64,000 nt of DNA from Actinomycetes bacterium (GTDB lineage: Bacteria; Actinomycetota; Acidimicrobiia; Spongiisociales; JAHEDJ01): assembly GCA_024641245.1 (NCBI GenBank), contig JAHEDK010000011.1, forward strand, positions 11,015 through 75,014, given 5' to 3'. The position numbers were made by a program, and so were the translations under genes. The first letter of the stretch is position 1. Every line of letters begins with the position of its first letter. Below the pieces are notes generated by a model. That model saw only the letters and a program-made list of their open reading frames with translations, ran no database searches and was not told the DNA's origin. Below, piece by piece: positions 28,917-39,216 of the stretch.

Positions 28917-31388
28917 ATGATCCGAACGACCGGCTCCGCCACCAAGTCCAAGGCGATTCTCCCCGACCGAACTCAGGTTCTCGTGATCGGCGGTGGCGTT
29001 GTCGGAACGAGTGTCGCCTATCACCTGACCCGGCGGGGCATCACAGACGTCACCGTCGTCGAACAGGGTGCGCTCACCGGCGGAACCACCTGGCACGCGG
29101 CCGGCCTTGTGTCTCAGCTCAAGTCCTCGCACAGTCTCACCCGGTTGGCAACGTATTCGGCGAGGCTGTTCGAAGAACTCGAAGACGAGACCGGACAAGC
29201 GACCGGATGGCGCACACCGGGCTCAATCTCGGTGGCGGCAGATGAGGAACGCTGGGAGGAAATCCTACGCGGTGCCACGATGGCGACCACCGTTGATGTC
29301 GAGACCGAGGTGATCGACCTCGATCGGGCCAAGGAGCTGTTTCCTCTCCTGAACACTGATGACCTGGTGGGCGCGTTGTACATCCCAGACGACGGTGTCA
29401 CCTCTCCGGTCGATACGACCATGGCGCTGGCCAAGGGTGCCAAAGCGCGCGGAGCGCGGATCATCGAGGGCGTTGCAGTAACGAAGCTCGTTGCCGAAAA
29501 CGGCCGAATCGTCGGCGTCGAAACCGAGCAGGGATACGTTGAAACCGAGACCGTCGTGCTTGCCAGTGGGATCTGGACCCGCCACCTCGCCGAGACGGTC
29601 GGTGTCAACGTTCCACTTCAGGCCTGCGAGCATTTCTACATAGTCACCGAGCCGCTCGACGGTGTGGAACGGGGTATGCCCACACTCCGCGACCCGGGTG
29701 GCTACACCTACTTCAAGGAAGAGACCGGCAAGATAATGGCCGGATTCTTCGAGCCCCGGGCCAAGGTGTGGCGATTGGACGGTATCCCAAGGGACTTCTC
29801 GTTCGGTACCCTCCCGGAGGATTGGGAGCACATCGGGCCGATCTTCGAGAGGGCCATCCACCGGGTCCCGGCGTTGGGGCAGTGCGGGCTCGAGCTCTTC
29901 TTCAACGGCCCGGAGGCCTTCACTCCCGACGGGGTTTACTACCTCGGTGAAGCACCGGAGGTCGACGGAGTTTTCGTTGCGGCGGGGTTCAACTCGGTGG
30001 GACTCCAGTCGGCAGGTGGCGTCGGGTGGGTGCTCGCCGACTGGATCGCCGACCGCCATCCACCGATGGATCTTGCGTCGGTCGACATTCGCCGTGCTTT
30101 TCCCTTCCAGAGGAACCCGCAATACCTCCAGGAGCGCATCTCGGAGAGCCTGGGCTTGCTCTATGCCATGCACTGGCCGTTTCGCCAGTACGAAAGCGCC
30201 CGCAATCAGCGGCTGTCGCCCATACACGACCGACTCGATGCCCACGGTGCAGTATTTGGCGAGGTAGCAGGGTGGGAGCGACCGAACTGGTTTGCCCTCG
30301 AGGGCCAGGAACGGGTCTACGAGTACAGCTACGGCAAGCAGAACTGGTTTGACGCCTCTCGTATCGAGTGCGATGCGGTACGAAACGCGGTCGGGCTTTT
30401 CGACCAGACGTGCTTCGTCAAGATCCGTGTCGAGGGCCCGGAGGCACTCACCGCTCTCAACGAGATTTGTGCGAACGATGTCGATGTTCCCGCCGGCAAG
30501 GCCGTGTACACGCAATGGTGCAACGATCGGGGCGGGATAGAGGCCGACCTCACGGTCACCAGGATCGACGAAAACGAGTACATGGTCGTCACCGCGGCGG
30601 CGGCCGGCACTCGCGATTCCGCCTGGCTTCGCCGAGGATGTCGCGGCTACGACGTAACGATCACAGACATCACGGAGCAGACGTCGACACTCGGCCTGAT
30701 GGGGCCGAACTCCCGGGGGTTGCTGTCCAAACTGACCTCGGTGGGACTGACCAACGATGTGTTCCCGTTCGGGACGGCGCAGCAGATTGAAGTGGCGGGA
30801 CACGACGTGCTGGCTATGCGCATGACCTATGAGGGCGAACTCGGCTGGGAACTCTATGTCCCGTGGGACGCGACGGGGTCGCTATACGACGCCATCTTGG
30901 CGGCCGGCGACGAGTTCGGGTTGAAACACGCCGGCTATCACGCAATGAACGCTCTGCGACTCGAGGCCGGATATCGCCACTGGGGACATGACATCACCGA
31001 CGAGGACACCCCGCTCGAGGCGGGGCTCGGGTTCGCGGTCGGATGGGAGAAACGATCCTTCCGAGGTCGGGAGGTGTTGCTTGCTCAGCGTGAGGTTCCG
31101 AGGACGAAGCGCCTCATCCAGTTCCGGCTCGAAGACGCGGATCGATTGCTTTATCACGACGAGCCCATCTTCCGTGACGGCCTACTAGTCGGCCGCACCA
31201 GTTCCGGAATGTGGAGTTACGTTCAGAATCGCTGTTTGGCGATGGGCTACCTGAACTATCCAGGCGGAGTGACCAAAGACTGGCTGGAGGCAGGCACATA
31301 CGAGATCGAAGTGGCCTTGGAACGCATACCGGCTACCGCCTCAATCCGCTCTTTCTATGATCCGATGAGCCGGCGCGTGAGAATGTGA
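28917..31388 (+). CDS. dimethylglycine/sarcosine-dehydrogenase-like FAD-GcvT fusion enzyme, paralog of 23393..25906
   Basis: 823 aa; VLVIGGGVVGTSVAYHL FAD motif, GcvT C-terminal domain (...GLFDQTCFVKIRVEGPEA...). Confidence 0.85.
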   Translation: MIRTTGSATKSKAILPDRTQVLVIGGGVVGTSVAYHLTRRGITDVTVVEQGALTGGTTWHAAGLVSQLKSSHSLTRLATYSARLFEELEDETGQATGWRTPGSISVAADEERWEEILRGATMATTVDVETEVIDLDRAKELFPLLNTDDLVGALYIPDDGVTSPVDTTMALAKGAKARGARIIEGVAVTKLVAENGRIVGVETEQGYVETETVVLASGIWTRHLAETVGVNVPLQACEHFYIVTEPLDGVERGMPTLRDPGGYTYFKEETGKIMAGFFEPRAKVWRLDGIPRDFSFGTLPEDWEHIGPIFERAIHRVPALGQCGLELFFNGPEAFTPDGVYYLGEAPEVDGVFVAAGFNSVGLQSAGGVGWVLADWIADRHPPMDLASVDIRRAFPFQRNPQYLQERISESLGLLYAMHWPFRQYESARNQRLSPIHDRLDAHGAVFGEVAGWERPNWFALEGQERVYEYSYGKQNWFDASRIECDAVRNAVGLFDQTCFVKIRVEGPEALTALNEICANDVDVPAGKAVYTQWCNDRGGIEADLTVTRIDENEYMVVTAAAAGTRDSAWLRRGCRGYDVTITDITEQTSTLGLMGPNSRGLLSKLTSVGLTNDVFPFGTAQQIEVAGHDVLAMRMTYEGELGWELYVPWDATGSLYDAILAAGDEFGLKHAGYHAMNALRLEAGYRHWGHDITDEDTPLEAGLGFAVGWEKRSFRGREVLLAQREVPRTKRLIQFRLEDADRLLYHDEPIFRDGLLVGRTSSGMWSYVQNRCLAMGYLNYPGGVTKDWLEAGTYEIEVALERIPATASIRSFYDPMSRRVRM

Positions 31389-31569
31389 AGATACCGACTA
31401 TTGCGGCGAGACGGAGGGGCGTTAGCTCTAGGTTTTAGGTTCCGGGTGCTGAGTCAGATGAATCGCGGTCGATCACAACAGGAGACCGACCACAAAACCT
31501 TCAACCTATGACCCAGAACCTCCTTTGCAAGCAGCGTCTCTGAAGAGTCTCCTATGGCGCGCCGTTTGC

Positions 31570-33579
31570 TCATTCCCGCACGAACGGGACCGGGACCATC
31601 GCCTCAGAATCCATCTCTCGCGCACAACGATGTCCCGAGTACACCGAGGTCGCTATCGTCCCGGGAGCGAGGCAGTCGCCGATTCGCTGGATGTCGATGC
31701 GATCGACCAGCGCGTAGTAGAGATCATCCTGAGGGATCCGTGACGTGATCATGACGACGCTCGCAGCCTCGATATCCCGCGATTGTCCTGTGTAGATGCT
31801 CTCGAGTCGCGCGGAGGTCTCGTTCACACTGGTGAGGGTGGCGCCGGTTTCCACCACGATTCCCAGTCCGAGAACCCGTTCCTGAATCCGGTGCTGTTCT
31901 TCCGTGTGCGTGGTCCAGGTTGAGATCTCGTTGGCCGGAGTCACCAGTGTGACGTTGAGTCCGGCTTGTCGGAGCTTCTCGGCAATGACACCGCCCATGT
32001 AGTAGTGATCGTCGTCGTAGACGACGACGGGACCGGTCGGCATCACCCCGGCCAGGATCTCGTCCGGTGTTATGACCAACGGGCCATCCCAGCCTGGAAC
32101 CGGCTCTTCGAGCCACCGACCCGTGCCATCTCGACGCCACTTGGCGCCGGTCGCGATCACGACGCGATCGGCGCCAAACTCGAGGATCTGCTCTTCGTCA
32201 ACCAGGCTCTCCAGGTAGAACTCGACATTCGGCAGCTTTCCGATTTGATTGAGCCGCCAGTCGCGGACGCGAGCCCATTGGGCGAGGCCGGGTAGGGAGG
32301 ACTCGAGGGTGACCCGGCCGCCCAACTCACGGCGTGCTTCCGTCAGGGTGACGTCATATCCGCGCTTGCCCAGTGATACGGCTGCCTCGAGTCCTGCTGG
32401 GCCGGCTCCGACGATCAGAACGGATGAATCGGATCCCTTCGCCGGTATGTATTCGGGGTGCCATCCTTTCCGCCACTCCTCTCCCATGGTGGGGTTTTGT
32501 GTGCACCGGATCGGCGTCCCCGTCTGATCGCCCGTGTAGCAGATGTTGCAGCCGATGCATTCGCGAATCTCGTCTTCACGTCCTTCTGAGATCTTTTTGG
32601 GTATGAAGGGGTCGGCAATCGAGGGACGTGCTGCACCGACCAGATCGACGACGCCCTGTCGAACGAGGCGCAACATCGTCTCAGGGGATGTGAAACGTCC
32701 AACGCTGACGACCGGCTTGTTGGTCACGCTCTTGACCCACGACATCGTCGCTTCGAGCCCTGCCTCGGGCACGAAGCGCGAAGTGCCCATTTCGAACGTG
32801 TAGTCGTGCACGGTGATATCCCAGAGGTCGGGCAACTCTGCGAGGAGCCGGATCATCTCTCGCGGCTCAGCAGTGTCCTGATCGTCGTCCGGGCCGCCTG
32901 AACTGGCGGAGAAGCGCACTGCCACCGCACAGGTGTCTCCCACGGCTTCCTTCGTCTCCTCGATCAACTCGCGCAGCAGACGCGTTCGGTTCTCGAGCGA
33001 GCCGCCGTATTCGTCGGTTCGTTGATTCGACGGGAGCAGGAACTGGCGAATGAGATACCAGTGAGCCGCGTACACGTAGACGATGTCGAAGCCGGCGCGT
33101 TGGGCTCTGCGGGCGGCTTCGAGGTGCCAGCGCTTCAGCTCTCGAATGTCGGCCTTGTCCATCGCCCGCGTTTGCACCGGGTCCCACACTCCCGCCGGCC
33201 GGCTGAATGGGCCGAGGGGTGCCTCGCGGGAGTAGTGGTTGGCGCTGGCCGCGCCGCCGTGCCACAGTTCGACACCGGCAAGAGCTCCGTGCTCGTGAAT
33301 CTTGTCGACCGTCATCGCCAGGGCCCTCACGTCCTGGTCGTCCCAGAGCGATGCGGACGGGTACGGCTCGTCGTCTGACGAGGGGTGGATTGAGCAGTAC
33401 TCAGTACATACTGTGCCCCACCCGCCCTCAGCCTTGACCCCGCGCAAACCGGCGAGTGTTTGGGGACGGCGATATCCCATGCCCGTGCAGTGGGGCACCT
33501 GATAGAAGCGGTTCGGAGCCGTCACAGGTCCAATCCGGACCGGCTCAAACAGTATGTCGAATCGGGGGTCGCGGGGCAT
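31570..33579 (-). CDS. trimethylamine/dimethylamine/histamine-dehydrogenase-family Fe-S flavoprotein (OYE-like FMN domain plus 4Fe-4S plus ADP-binding domain)
   Basis: FYQVPHCTGMG (candidate 6-S-cysteinyl-FMN Cys), CIGCNICY...C ferredoxin-like cluster motif, GAGPAG dinucleotide motif; start moved to an ATG after GGAGGAA. Confidence 0.85.
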   Translation of the reverse strand: MPRDPRFDILFEPVRIGPVTAPNRFYQVPHCTGMGYRRPQTLAGLRGVKAEGGWGTVCTEYCSIHPSSDDEPYPSASLWDDQDVRALAMTVDKIHEHGALAGVELWHGGAASANHYSREAPLGPFSRPAGVWDPVQTRAMDKADIRELKRWHLEAARRAQRAGFDIVYVYAAHWYLIRQFLLPSNQRTDEYGGSLENRTRLLRELIEETKEAVGDTCAVAVRFSASSGGPDDDQDTAEPREMIRLLAELPDLWDITVHDYTFEMGTSRFVPEAGLEATMSWVKSVTNKPVVSVGRFTSPETMLRLVRQGVVDLVGAARPSIADPFIPKKISEGREDEIRECIGCNICYTGDQTGTPIRCTQNPTMGEEWRKGWHPEYIPAKGSDSSVLIVGAGPAGLEAAVSLGKRGYDVTLTEARRELGGRVTLESSLPGLAQWARVRDWRLNQIGKLPNVEFYLESLVDEEQILEFGADRVVIATGAKWRRDGTGRWLEEPVPGWDGPLVITPDEILAGVMPTGPVVVYDDDHYYMGGVIAEKLRQAGLNVTLVTPANEISTWTTHTEEQHRIQERVLGLGIVVETGATLTSVNETSARLESIYTGQSRDIEAASVVMITSRIPQDDLYYALVDRIDIQRIGDCLAPGTIATSVYSGHRCAREMDSEAMVPVPFVRE

Positions 33580-33709
33580 TTCTTCCTCCAAGCTCGACCG
33601 TGGTGCTTGACCCGCTGAGCCCCCCGACGTTCCTAAACGAGCGAGCCGGTTCCTCATAGCCGGCTGTGGTTGTGGTGGGGACGGCCGAGGGCCGCCCCCA
33701 CCCACGGTT

Positions 33710-34822
33710 CTAGCTCTTCACCTCGTTGAAGGCGTCCGAGTAGTTGGTCTCGAAGTCGCCGGTATCGGCGAGGAACTCGAGGCGCTCGAACACCTCGTCG
33801 GGGGGATAGATCGTTTCATCTTCGAGAATCTCGGGATCGACGAAGGGCTCCGACGCCGCGTTCGGGCTGGCGTAGAAGTTGAAGTTCGTCAACGCGGCTC
33901 CGTTCTCAGGGTCGAGGAGGAAGTTGATGAAGGTATGGGCCGTGCATGGAGCATCGGCGGTGATTGGAATGGCCATTGTGTCAACCCAAGCAACCGCACC
34001 TTCCTTCGGAATGCCGTATCCAAAGTCCTCATAGGCGTCGTAGGTGTCGTCGGAAGCTTCGTCGAATGCGGCGAAGAAGTCGCCGGACCATCCGTGCGCG
34101 ACCGTGGTCTCACCGGAGACGAGTAGGTCCTCAAACTGATCCGAATCGAATAACTTGACGCGGTCCTTGATTCCCTTGAGCAATTCGACGGCCTCATCAA
34201 GCTCTGCCTGATCGGTCGTGTTGATGGAGTAGCCCAGATACTTGAGGGCAATCCCCATCGTTTCCCGCGGGTCGTTGAGCAGGGAGATCCTGCCGGACAC
34301 GTCGGGAGCGAAGCCGGGGTCGAAGATGATCTCCCAGCTTGCTTCCCAGTCCTCCGGTACAACGTCGTAGCTGTAGCCGATACCGCTGGTGCCCCACTGG
34401 TAGGGAACTGAGTACTCGTCGTTCTCGTCGTATGGGAGGCCGGTGAAGGCAGGATCGAGGTTGCTCAGGTTCGGGATGGCATCCTTGTTCAGTGCGATGA
34501 TGAGGCCCTCCTCAGACATGATCGTCACCGTGTAGTCGGACGGCACTACCAGGTCATAGTCGTTGCCCCCGGACTCGATCTGCGGGAGCATCGCCTCATT
34601 CGAGTCATAAAACGATTCGTTGACCGTAACCCCGAAGTCCGCCTCGAAGGCGGTGACCAGGTCCGGGTCGATGTACTCAGACCAGTTGTAGAGGTCCAGG
34701 TCACCATCGACATCTCCGACCTCACAGGCGGCGGCGAGGTCCACCAGTTCGGAATTCCCGTCCCCCCCACAAGCGGCGCCAAGTAATGCGAACGCCAAGG
34801 CGATCACCAGTATGCGTCTCAT
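33710..34822 (-). CDS. polyamine-type ABC transporter substrate-binding lipoprotein (PotD-like)
   Basis: MRRILVIALAFALLGAACG signal/lipobox; PotD-family fold (...YQWGTSGIGY...). Confidence 0.8.
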   Translation of the reverse strand: MRRILVIALAFALLGAACGGDGNSELVDLAAACEVGDVDGDLDLYNWSEYIDPDLVTAFEADFGVTVNESFYDSNEAMLPQIESGGNDYDLVVPSDYTVTIMSEEGLIIALNKDAIPNLSNLDPAFTGLPYDENDEYSVPYQWGTSGIGYSYDVVPEDWEASWEIIFDPGFAPDVSGRISLLNDPRETMGIALKYLGYSINTTDQAELDEAVELLKGIKDRVKLFDSDQFEDLLVSGETTVAHGWSGDFFAAFDEASDDTYDAYEDFGYGIPKEGAVAWVDTMAIPITADAPCTAHTFINFLLDPENGAALTNFNFYASPNAASEPFVDPEILEDETIYPPDEVFERLEFLADTGDFETNYSDAFNEVKS

Positions 34823-34837
34823 TGCCCACTCCTCCAG

Positions 34838-35629
34838 TCAATTCCGTCTCTGCAAGGCTAGTGAACCGAGTACCAGCACCACGGACGCCGTCAGCATGAG
34901 CGTCGAGACGGCGTTTATCTCAGGGGTGACGCCCCGCTTGATCAGACCGAAGACAAACGTCGGCAACGTATCCGGGCCCTTGACGAACTGGGTGATGACC
35001 ACGTCGTCCAGCGACAGGGTCAACGCCAGCAGGGCTCCGCCCAATACCCCCGGCATTATCAAGGGCAACGTGATCTTCCGGAAGGCCTGCCACCGACCCG
35101 CGTAGAGGTCCGCCGCAGCTTCCTCGAGCGCCGGGTCCAGATTGGCGAGGCGAGCTCGCACGACGATCGAAACGAACGAGATGTTGAAGGCGATATGGCT
35201 CAGGACAATGGTCGTGATGCTCAGTTGCCGACCCAGTGAGGTGAAGAAGACCAGCAGCATGGCGGCCATGGTCACGTCCGGGATGATGACCGGCAGATAT
35301 AGCAGCGCGTCAAACGTCCGCTTGCCGAGAAAGCGTTTATAGCGTTCGAGCGCCAGCGCCGCAGCAGTCCCAAGGGCCGTTGAGATCACCGTGGAAACCG
35401 CTGCTACCTGGAGAGACGCCCACAGCGCCGCCATCAGGTTGTCGTTGGCGAACATCTGTCGGTACCAGCGCAGCGATAGGGCCTCCCAGGTGAAGAACCG
35501 ACTCTCATTGAAGGAGAACACGATCAAGACGAGGATCGGGAGATAGAAGAACAGATAGACGAACCAGGCATGGCCTTTGAGGATTCGATCAAGACGGCGG
35601 GTGAGGGCCGATCCGTCGCGAGTAGTCAT
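34838..35629 (-). CDS. polyamine-type ABC transporter permease (PotC-like)
   Basis: ...EEAAADLYAGRWQAFRKITLP... EAA loop; start moved to the internal ATG that overlaps the upstream stop (ATGA). Confidence 0.8.
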   Translation of the reverse strand: MTTRDGSALTRRLDRILKGHAWFVYLFFYLPILVLIVFSFNESRFFTWEALSLRWYRQMFANDNLMAALWASLQVAAVSTVISTALGTAAALALERYKRFLGKRTFDALLYLPVIIPDVTMAAMLLVFFTSLGRQLSITTIVLSHIAFNISFVSIVVRARLANLDPALEEAAADLYAGRWQAFRKITLPLIMPGVLGGALLALTLSLDDVVITQFVKGPDTLPTFVFGLIKRGVTPEINAVSTLMLTASVVLVLGSLALQRRN

Positions 35630-36507
35630 AGCGTTTTTGCTCCCGACCGGAAGTACCAGATCGTGGCGATCAGCATGACCACCATGATCGCCATGGAGAC
35701 AGAAGAGCCGAGCGGCCAGTTGCGGGCGGTCAGGAACTGGTTGACGACGTAGTTGCCGATGAGCGTCGTCTTTGCTCCACCCAGGATGTCCGGCGTCACG
35801 TAGGCGCCCAGGCTCGGGATAAAGACAAGAATCGAACCGGCGATGATGCCTTGTTTGGTGAGCGGGAGCGTGACCCTGCGAAACGCCACCCATCCGGATG
35901 CATACAGATCCCGTGCCGCCTCGACCAGCGACCAGTCGAGTCGTTCGATGGCGGCGTACAACGGCAGCACCATGAACGGCAGGTAGCCGTACACCAGGCC
36001 GATATAGACGGCCGGCAGTGTGAACAGCATCGAATCCCAGAGATTCAAGAATCTGCCCAGCTCGGTGATCAGACCGTCCTCGCCGAGGAGAACCCGCCAG
36101 GCATAGGTGCGAACCAGGAAGTTGGTCCAGAACGGGATCATCACGAATACGAGCAGGATGTTGCGCGTCTTTTCGGATCTGGTGGCGATGTAGTAGGCGA
36201 ATGGGTAGCCGACCAGCAAACAGAACGCAGTCGTGAGAATGGCGACGATCAGCGACCGGGCGAAGATCGAGCGGATTAGATCGTCGGTGAACAGCTTGGT
36301 GATCGAGTCGAGATTCCAGGCCTCGAGCTTGGGCATGCCGGTGCGGGACCGGCTGGCGAACGAGTAGACGCCGATGATCAGCAGCGGTAGTGCGAAGAGA
36401 AACAGCAGGTAGATGTAGGAAGGAAGTGCGAGGAACAAGCCGCGTCGTGATTCCGCCCGTTCGGCATCCGCCTCCAGTTCGGCGGTGACCGGCCCGTCCG
36501 TCGTCAT
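35626..36507 (-). CDS. polyamine-type ABC transporter permease (PotB-like)
   Basis: ...[21 protein letters not shown]...; ATGA overlap with the ATPase gene. Confidence 0.8.
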   Translation of the reverse strand: MTTDGPVTAELEADAERAESRRGLFLALPSYIYLLFLFALPLLIIGVYSFASRSRTGMPKLEAWNLDSITKLFTDDLIRSIFARSLIVAILTTAFCLLVGYPFAYYIATRSEKTRNILLVFVMIPFWTNFLVRTYAWRVLLGEDGLITELGRFLNLWDSMLFTLPAVYIGLVYGYLPFMVLPLYAAIERLDWSLVEAARDLYASGWVAFRRVTLPLTKQGIIAGSILVFIPSLGAYVTPDILGGAKTTLIGNYVVNQFLTARNWPLGSSVSMAIMVVMLIATIWYFRSGAKTL

Positions 36508-37571
36508 TCGGTCAACGCCTCGGCCGAATCAGGGTGAAAGGCGGCAATGATGGGGGCGCCTTCCGCGAAGCGTTCCCGGCCCGGCCGATTCTCCTCTCGT
36601 GCGTCGACTATCGAGTGCCCGAAGTCGACTTCGTAGAAGAGTGAGTCGCCGAAGTAGAGCCGGCGGACGATCGTTCCTGACAGTTTGTTGAAGTGCTCCG
36701 GGACGGATTCCTCGGTGTGATGCAGGTCGATCTTTTCAGGTCGCAGATTGAGCGTAACGGCGGTACCGGCACCAGAATGAGTTCTGGCTTTGACGAGTCT
36801 GCCGTCTGCCAGTTTCACGATCCCGGGCTCTACGACGGTGCCCGAAATCAGGTTCGTTTCGCCGATGAACTCGGCGACAAATCGCGTGTTTGGTCGCTCG
36901 TATATCTCCTCCGAAGGAGCGACCTGAAGCAGTTGTCCCTCGTTCATCACCGCAATACGGTCTGACATGGTCAGCGCTTCTTCTTGGTCGTGCGTCACGT
37001 AGACGAAGGTGATACCCACCTCGCGCTGGATTTCCTTGAGTTCGAGTTGCATGGCCTGTCGCAACTTGAGGTCGAGGGCGCCGAGCGGCTCATCGAGCAG
37101 GAGGACCTCCGGCCGATTGACCAGGGCCCTGGCGAGGGCAACTCGTTGCTGCTGACCTCCGGAGAGCATTCCCGGCCGCCGATTCTCCATTCCCGACAGC
37201 CGGACGAGGTCGATTGCCTCACCGACCCGTCGTCTGGTTTCATCTTCGGAGATCTTCTGCATCTGAAGACCGAACGCAACGTTGCCGGTCACCGTCATGT
37301 GCGGAAACAGTGCATACGACTGGAAGACGGTGTTGACCGGTCGCTTGTTGGGCGGACGCAGCCCCATCTCTTCGCCATGGATGGTGATGCTGCCCTCAGT
37401 CGGGTATTCGAGCCCGGCGATCATCCTCAGGGTGGTGGTCTTCCCGCATCCAGACGGCCCGAGCAATGAGAAGAATTCGCCGTCGGCGATCTCGAGATCG
37501 ATGTGATCGACGGCTACGACGTCGCCGAACCGTTTCGTCACTCCCTTGATTCCAACGGCTGCCGTCGTCAT
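36504..37571 (-). CDS. polyamine-type ABC transporter ATP-binding protein (PotA-like)
   Basis: [35 protein letters not shown]; ATGA overlap with the upstream ALDH gene. Confidence 0.85.
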   Translation of the reverse strand: MTTAAVGIKGVTKRFGDVVAVDHIDLEIADGEFFSLLGPSGCGKTTTLRMIAGLEYPTEGSITIHGEEMGLRPPNKRPVNTVFQSYALFPHMTVTGNVAFGLQMQKISEDETRRRVGEAIDLVRLSGMENRRPGMLSGGQQQRVALARALVNRPEVLLLDEPLGALDLKLRQAMQLELKEIQREVGITFVYVTHDQEEALTMSDRIAVMNEGQLLQVAPSEEIYERPNTRFVAEFIGETNLISGTVVEPGIVKLADGRLVKARTHSGAGTAVTLNLRPEKIDLHHTEESVPEHFNKLSGTIVRRLYFGDSLFYEVDFGHSIVDAREENRPGRERFAEGAPIIAAFHPDSAEALTE

Positions 37572-39007
37572 TCGGCGCGGCCGATGTCGAATACGACCGT
37601 TTGCAGGTCGGTGAACTCCGTGATTCTTCCCCGCCCCCAGCCGGTGTCGGTCCCGGCCGCTCCTCCGAACGGCTGGAATGTCTCCCAGAAGTCGGTTGAG
37701 TCATTGATCACCACCGTACCCGACCGGATTCGGTCGGCGTACCAGAAAGCCTTGGAAAGACTCTGGGTGAATACGGCAGCCTGCAGGCCCAACCTCGAAC
37801 GGTTGGCAATGGCCACCGCTTCGGCATCATCTGCGGCGCGCAGGATGGGAAGGACCGGCCCAAACGACTCCTCTTGCGACAGCGCGCTGTCCTCGGGCAC
37901 GTTGTCGACGATCGTCAAGTCGTAGTAGAGGTCGGTTGGGTGTCCCGGTGATCTGCCCCCGCCGACGAGGACCCGCGCACCTCGGTGGCGGGCGTCGGCT
38001 AGGTGGCGATCCATCTTTGCCGCGGTCGGCTCGTTGTTCAGCGGACCCATGGTTGTGGTCTCATCGAACGGGTCGCCCAGCTTGACCTCGGTCGCAGCCT
38101 CGATTGCCAACTCGACGAACCGATCGTGAACCTCGTCGAGCACGATGACACGCTCGGTGGCGCAGCAGACCTGGCCTGCGTTGTAGTAGGCCCCATAGAC
38201 CGCCAGGGGGGCGGCCGCCTCGACATCGGCATCTGTCGTGACGATGGTCGGTCCGTTGCCGGACATCTCCATGATCGACCGCTTCACCCCCATCTGGGCG
38301 ATGATCCGCTTGCCGGTTGCCGACGATCCGGTGAAACCGATCGCGTCTACTCCGTCGTGGGTAACGAGCGCTTCACCTACCCGGCCATCTCCGGGTAGGA
38401 CGGAGATCGCCCCCTTCGGTACTCCGGCCTCGTCGAATGCCTCCGCCAGTTTCAAAAGTGCCCACGAGGTGAACTCAGGTGGTTTGACGATGACGGAGTT
38501 GCCCGTGGCCAGGCCCGGGCCGACGTACTCGAGGGGTATGGTCACGGGGAAATTCCAGGGTGTGATCGCCGCCCATACGCCGATAGGGCGGTGGAAGGTG
38601 AACATGCGTTTGCGGCGGTCGGAGGTGGGAATCACCTCACCGGTCAGCCGTTTCACATCTTCAGCTGCGTTGTAGAAGTACTGGTTGGCTTCCGCGATGT
38701 CGGCAAGTGACTCTGCGTGGTACGGCTTGCCCTGTTCGAGGGTCTGGATTCGAGCGATTTCTGACTCCAACGGTTCAATGGCCGCCGCTATCCGGAGACA
38801 AAGATCCGCTCGCTCGAAGGCCGACCAGTGCCGCATTTCGTCGGCCGCCAGTCGGGCTGCCCTGATCGCTCGATCAACGTCTGCGTTGGATGGAAGCGGA
38901 ACCGTTGCAATGTGCTCGCCCGTCACGGGGGAGATGAGGTCGTGGGCGTGATCGCCGGTACCTTCGGTCCACTCGCCGCCGAGGTACATCTTCAGAGTTG
39001 GTGCCAT
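37568..39007 (-). CDS. NAD(P)-dependent aldehyde dehydrogenase
   Basis: 479 aa ALDH superfamily; catalytic region ...MEMSGNGP... and ...[12 protein letters not shown]... (Cys nucleophile). Confidence 0.85.
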   Translation of the reverse strand: MAPTLKMYLGGEWTEGTGDHAHDLISPVTGEHIATVPLPSNADVDRAIRAARLAADEMRHWSAFERADLCLRIAAAIEPLESEIARIQTLEQGKPYHAESLADIAEANQYFYNAAEDVKRLTGEVIPTSDRRKRMFTFHRPIGVWAAITPWNFPVTIPLEYVGPGLATGNSVIVKPPEFTSWALLKLAEAFDEAGVPKGAISVLPGDGRVGEALVTHDGVDAIGFTGSSATGKRIIAQMGVKRSIMEMSGNGPTIVTTDADVEAAAPLAVYGAYYNAGQVCCATERVIVLDEVHDRFVELAIEAATEVKLGDPFDETTTMGPLNNEPTAAKMDRHLADARHRGARVLVGGGRSPGHPTDLYYDLTIVDNVPEDSALSQEESFGPVLPILRAADDAEAVAIANRSRLGLQAAVFTQSLSKAFWYADRIRSGTVVINDSTDFWETFQPFGGAAGTDTGWGRGRITEFTDLQTVVFDIGRAE

Positions 39008-39216
39008 CGCTCTCCAGAGTCAGTTCGGCGTCATTATTGCCGATGGGATCCGCTCCTCGCTTCGCCCATGTCGGGGTTCCCGTCTGGCTCCAGCATCGGT
39101 AGCATTGTGATCGCCACGCATTCAACGCTTCCGCCTCGTTGTTCGGGTCGCGTTGTCCGCCAACCGCTGAGTCATTAGGTCGAAAGTCCTTTGTATCCAT
39201 GGCAGGAGGAATACTG

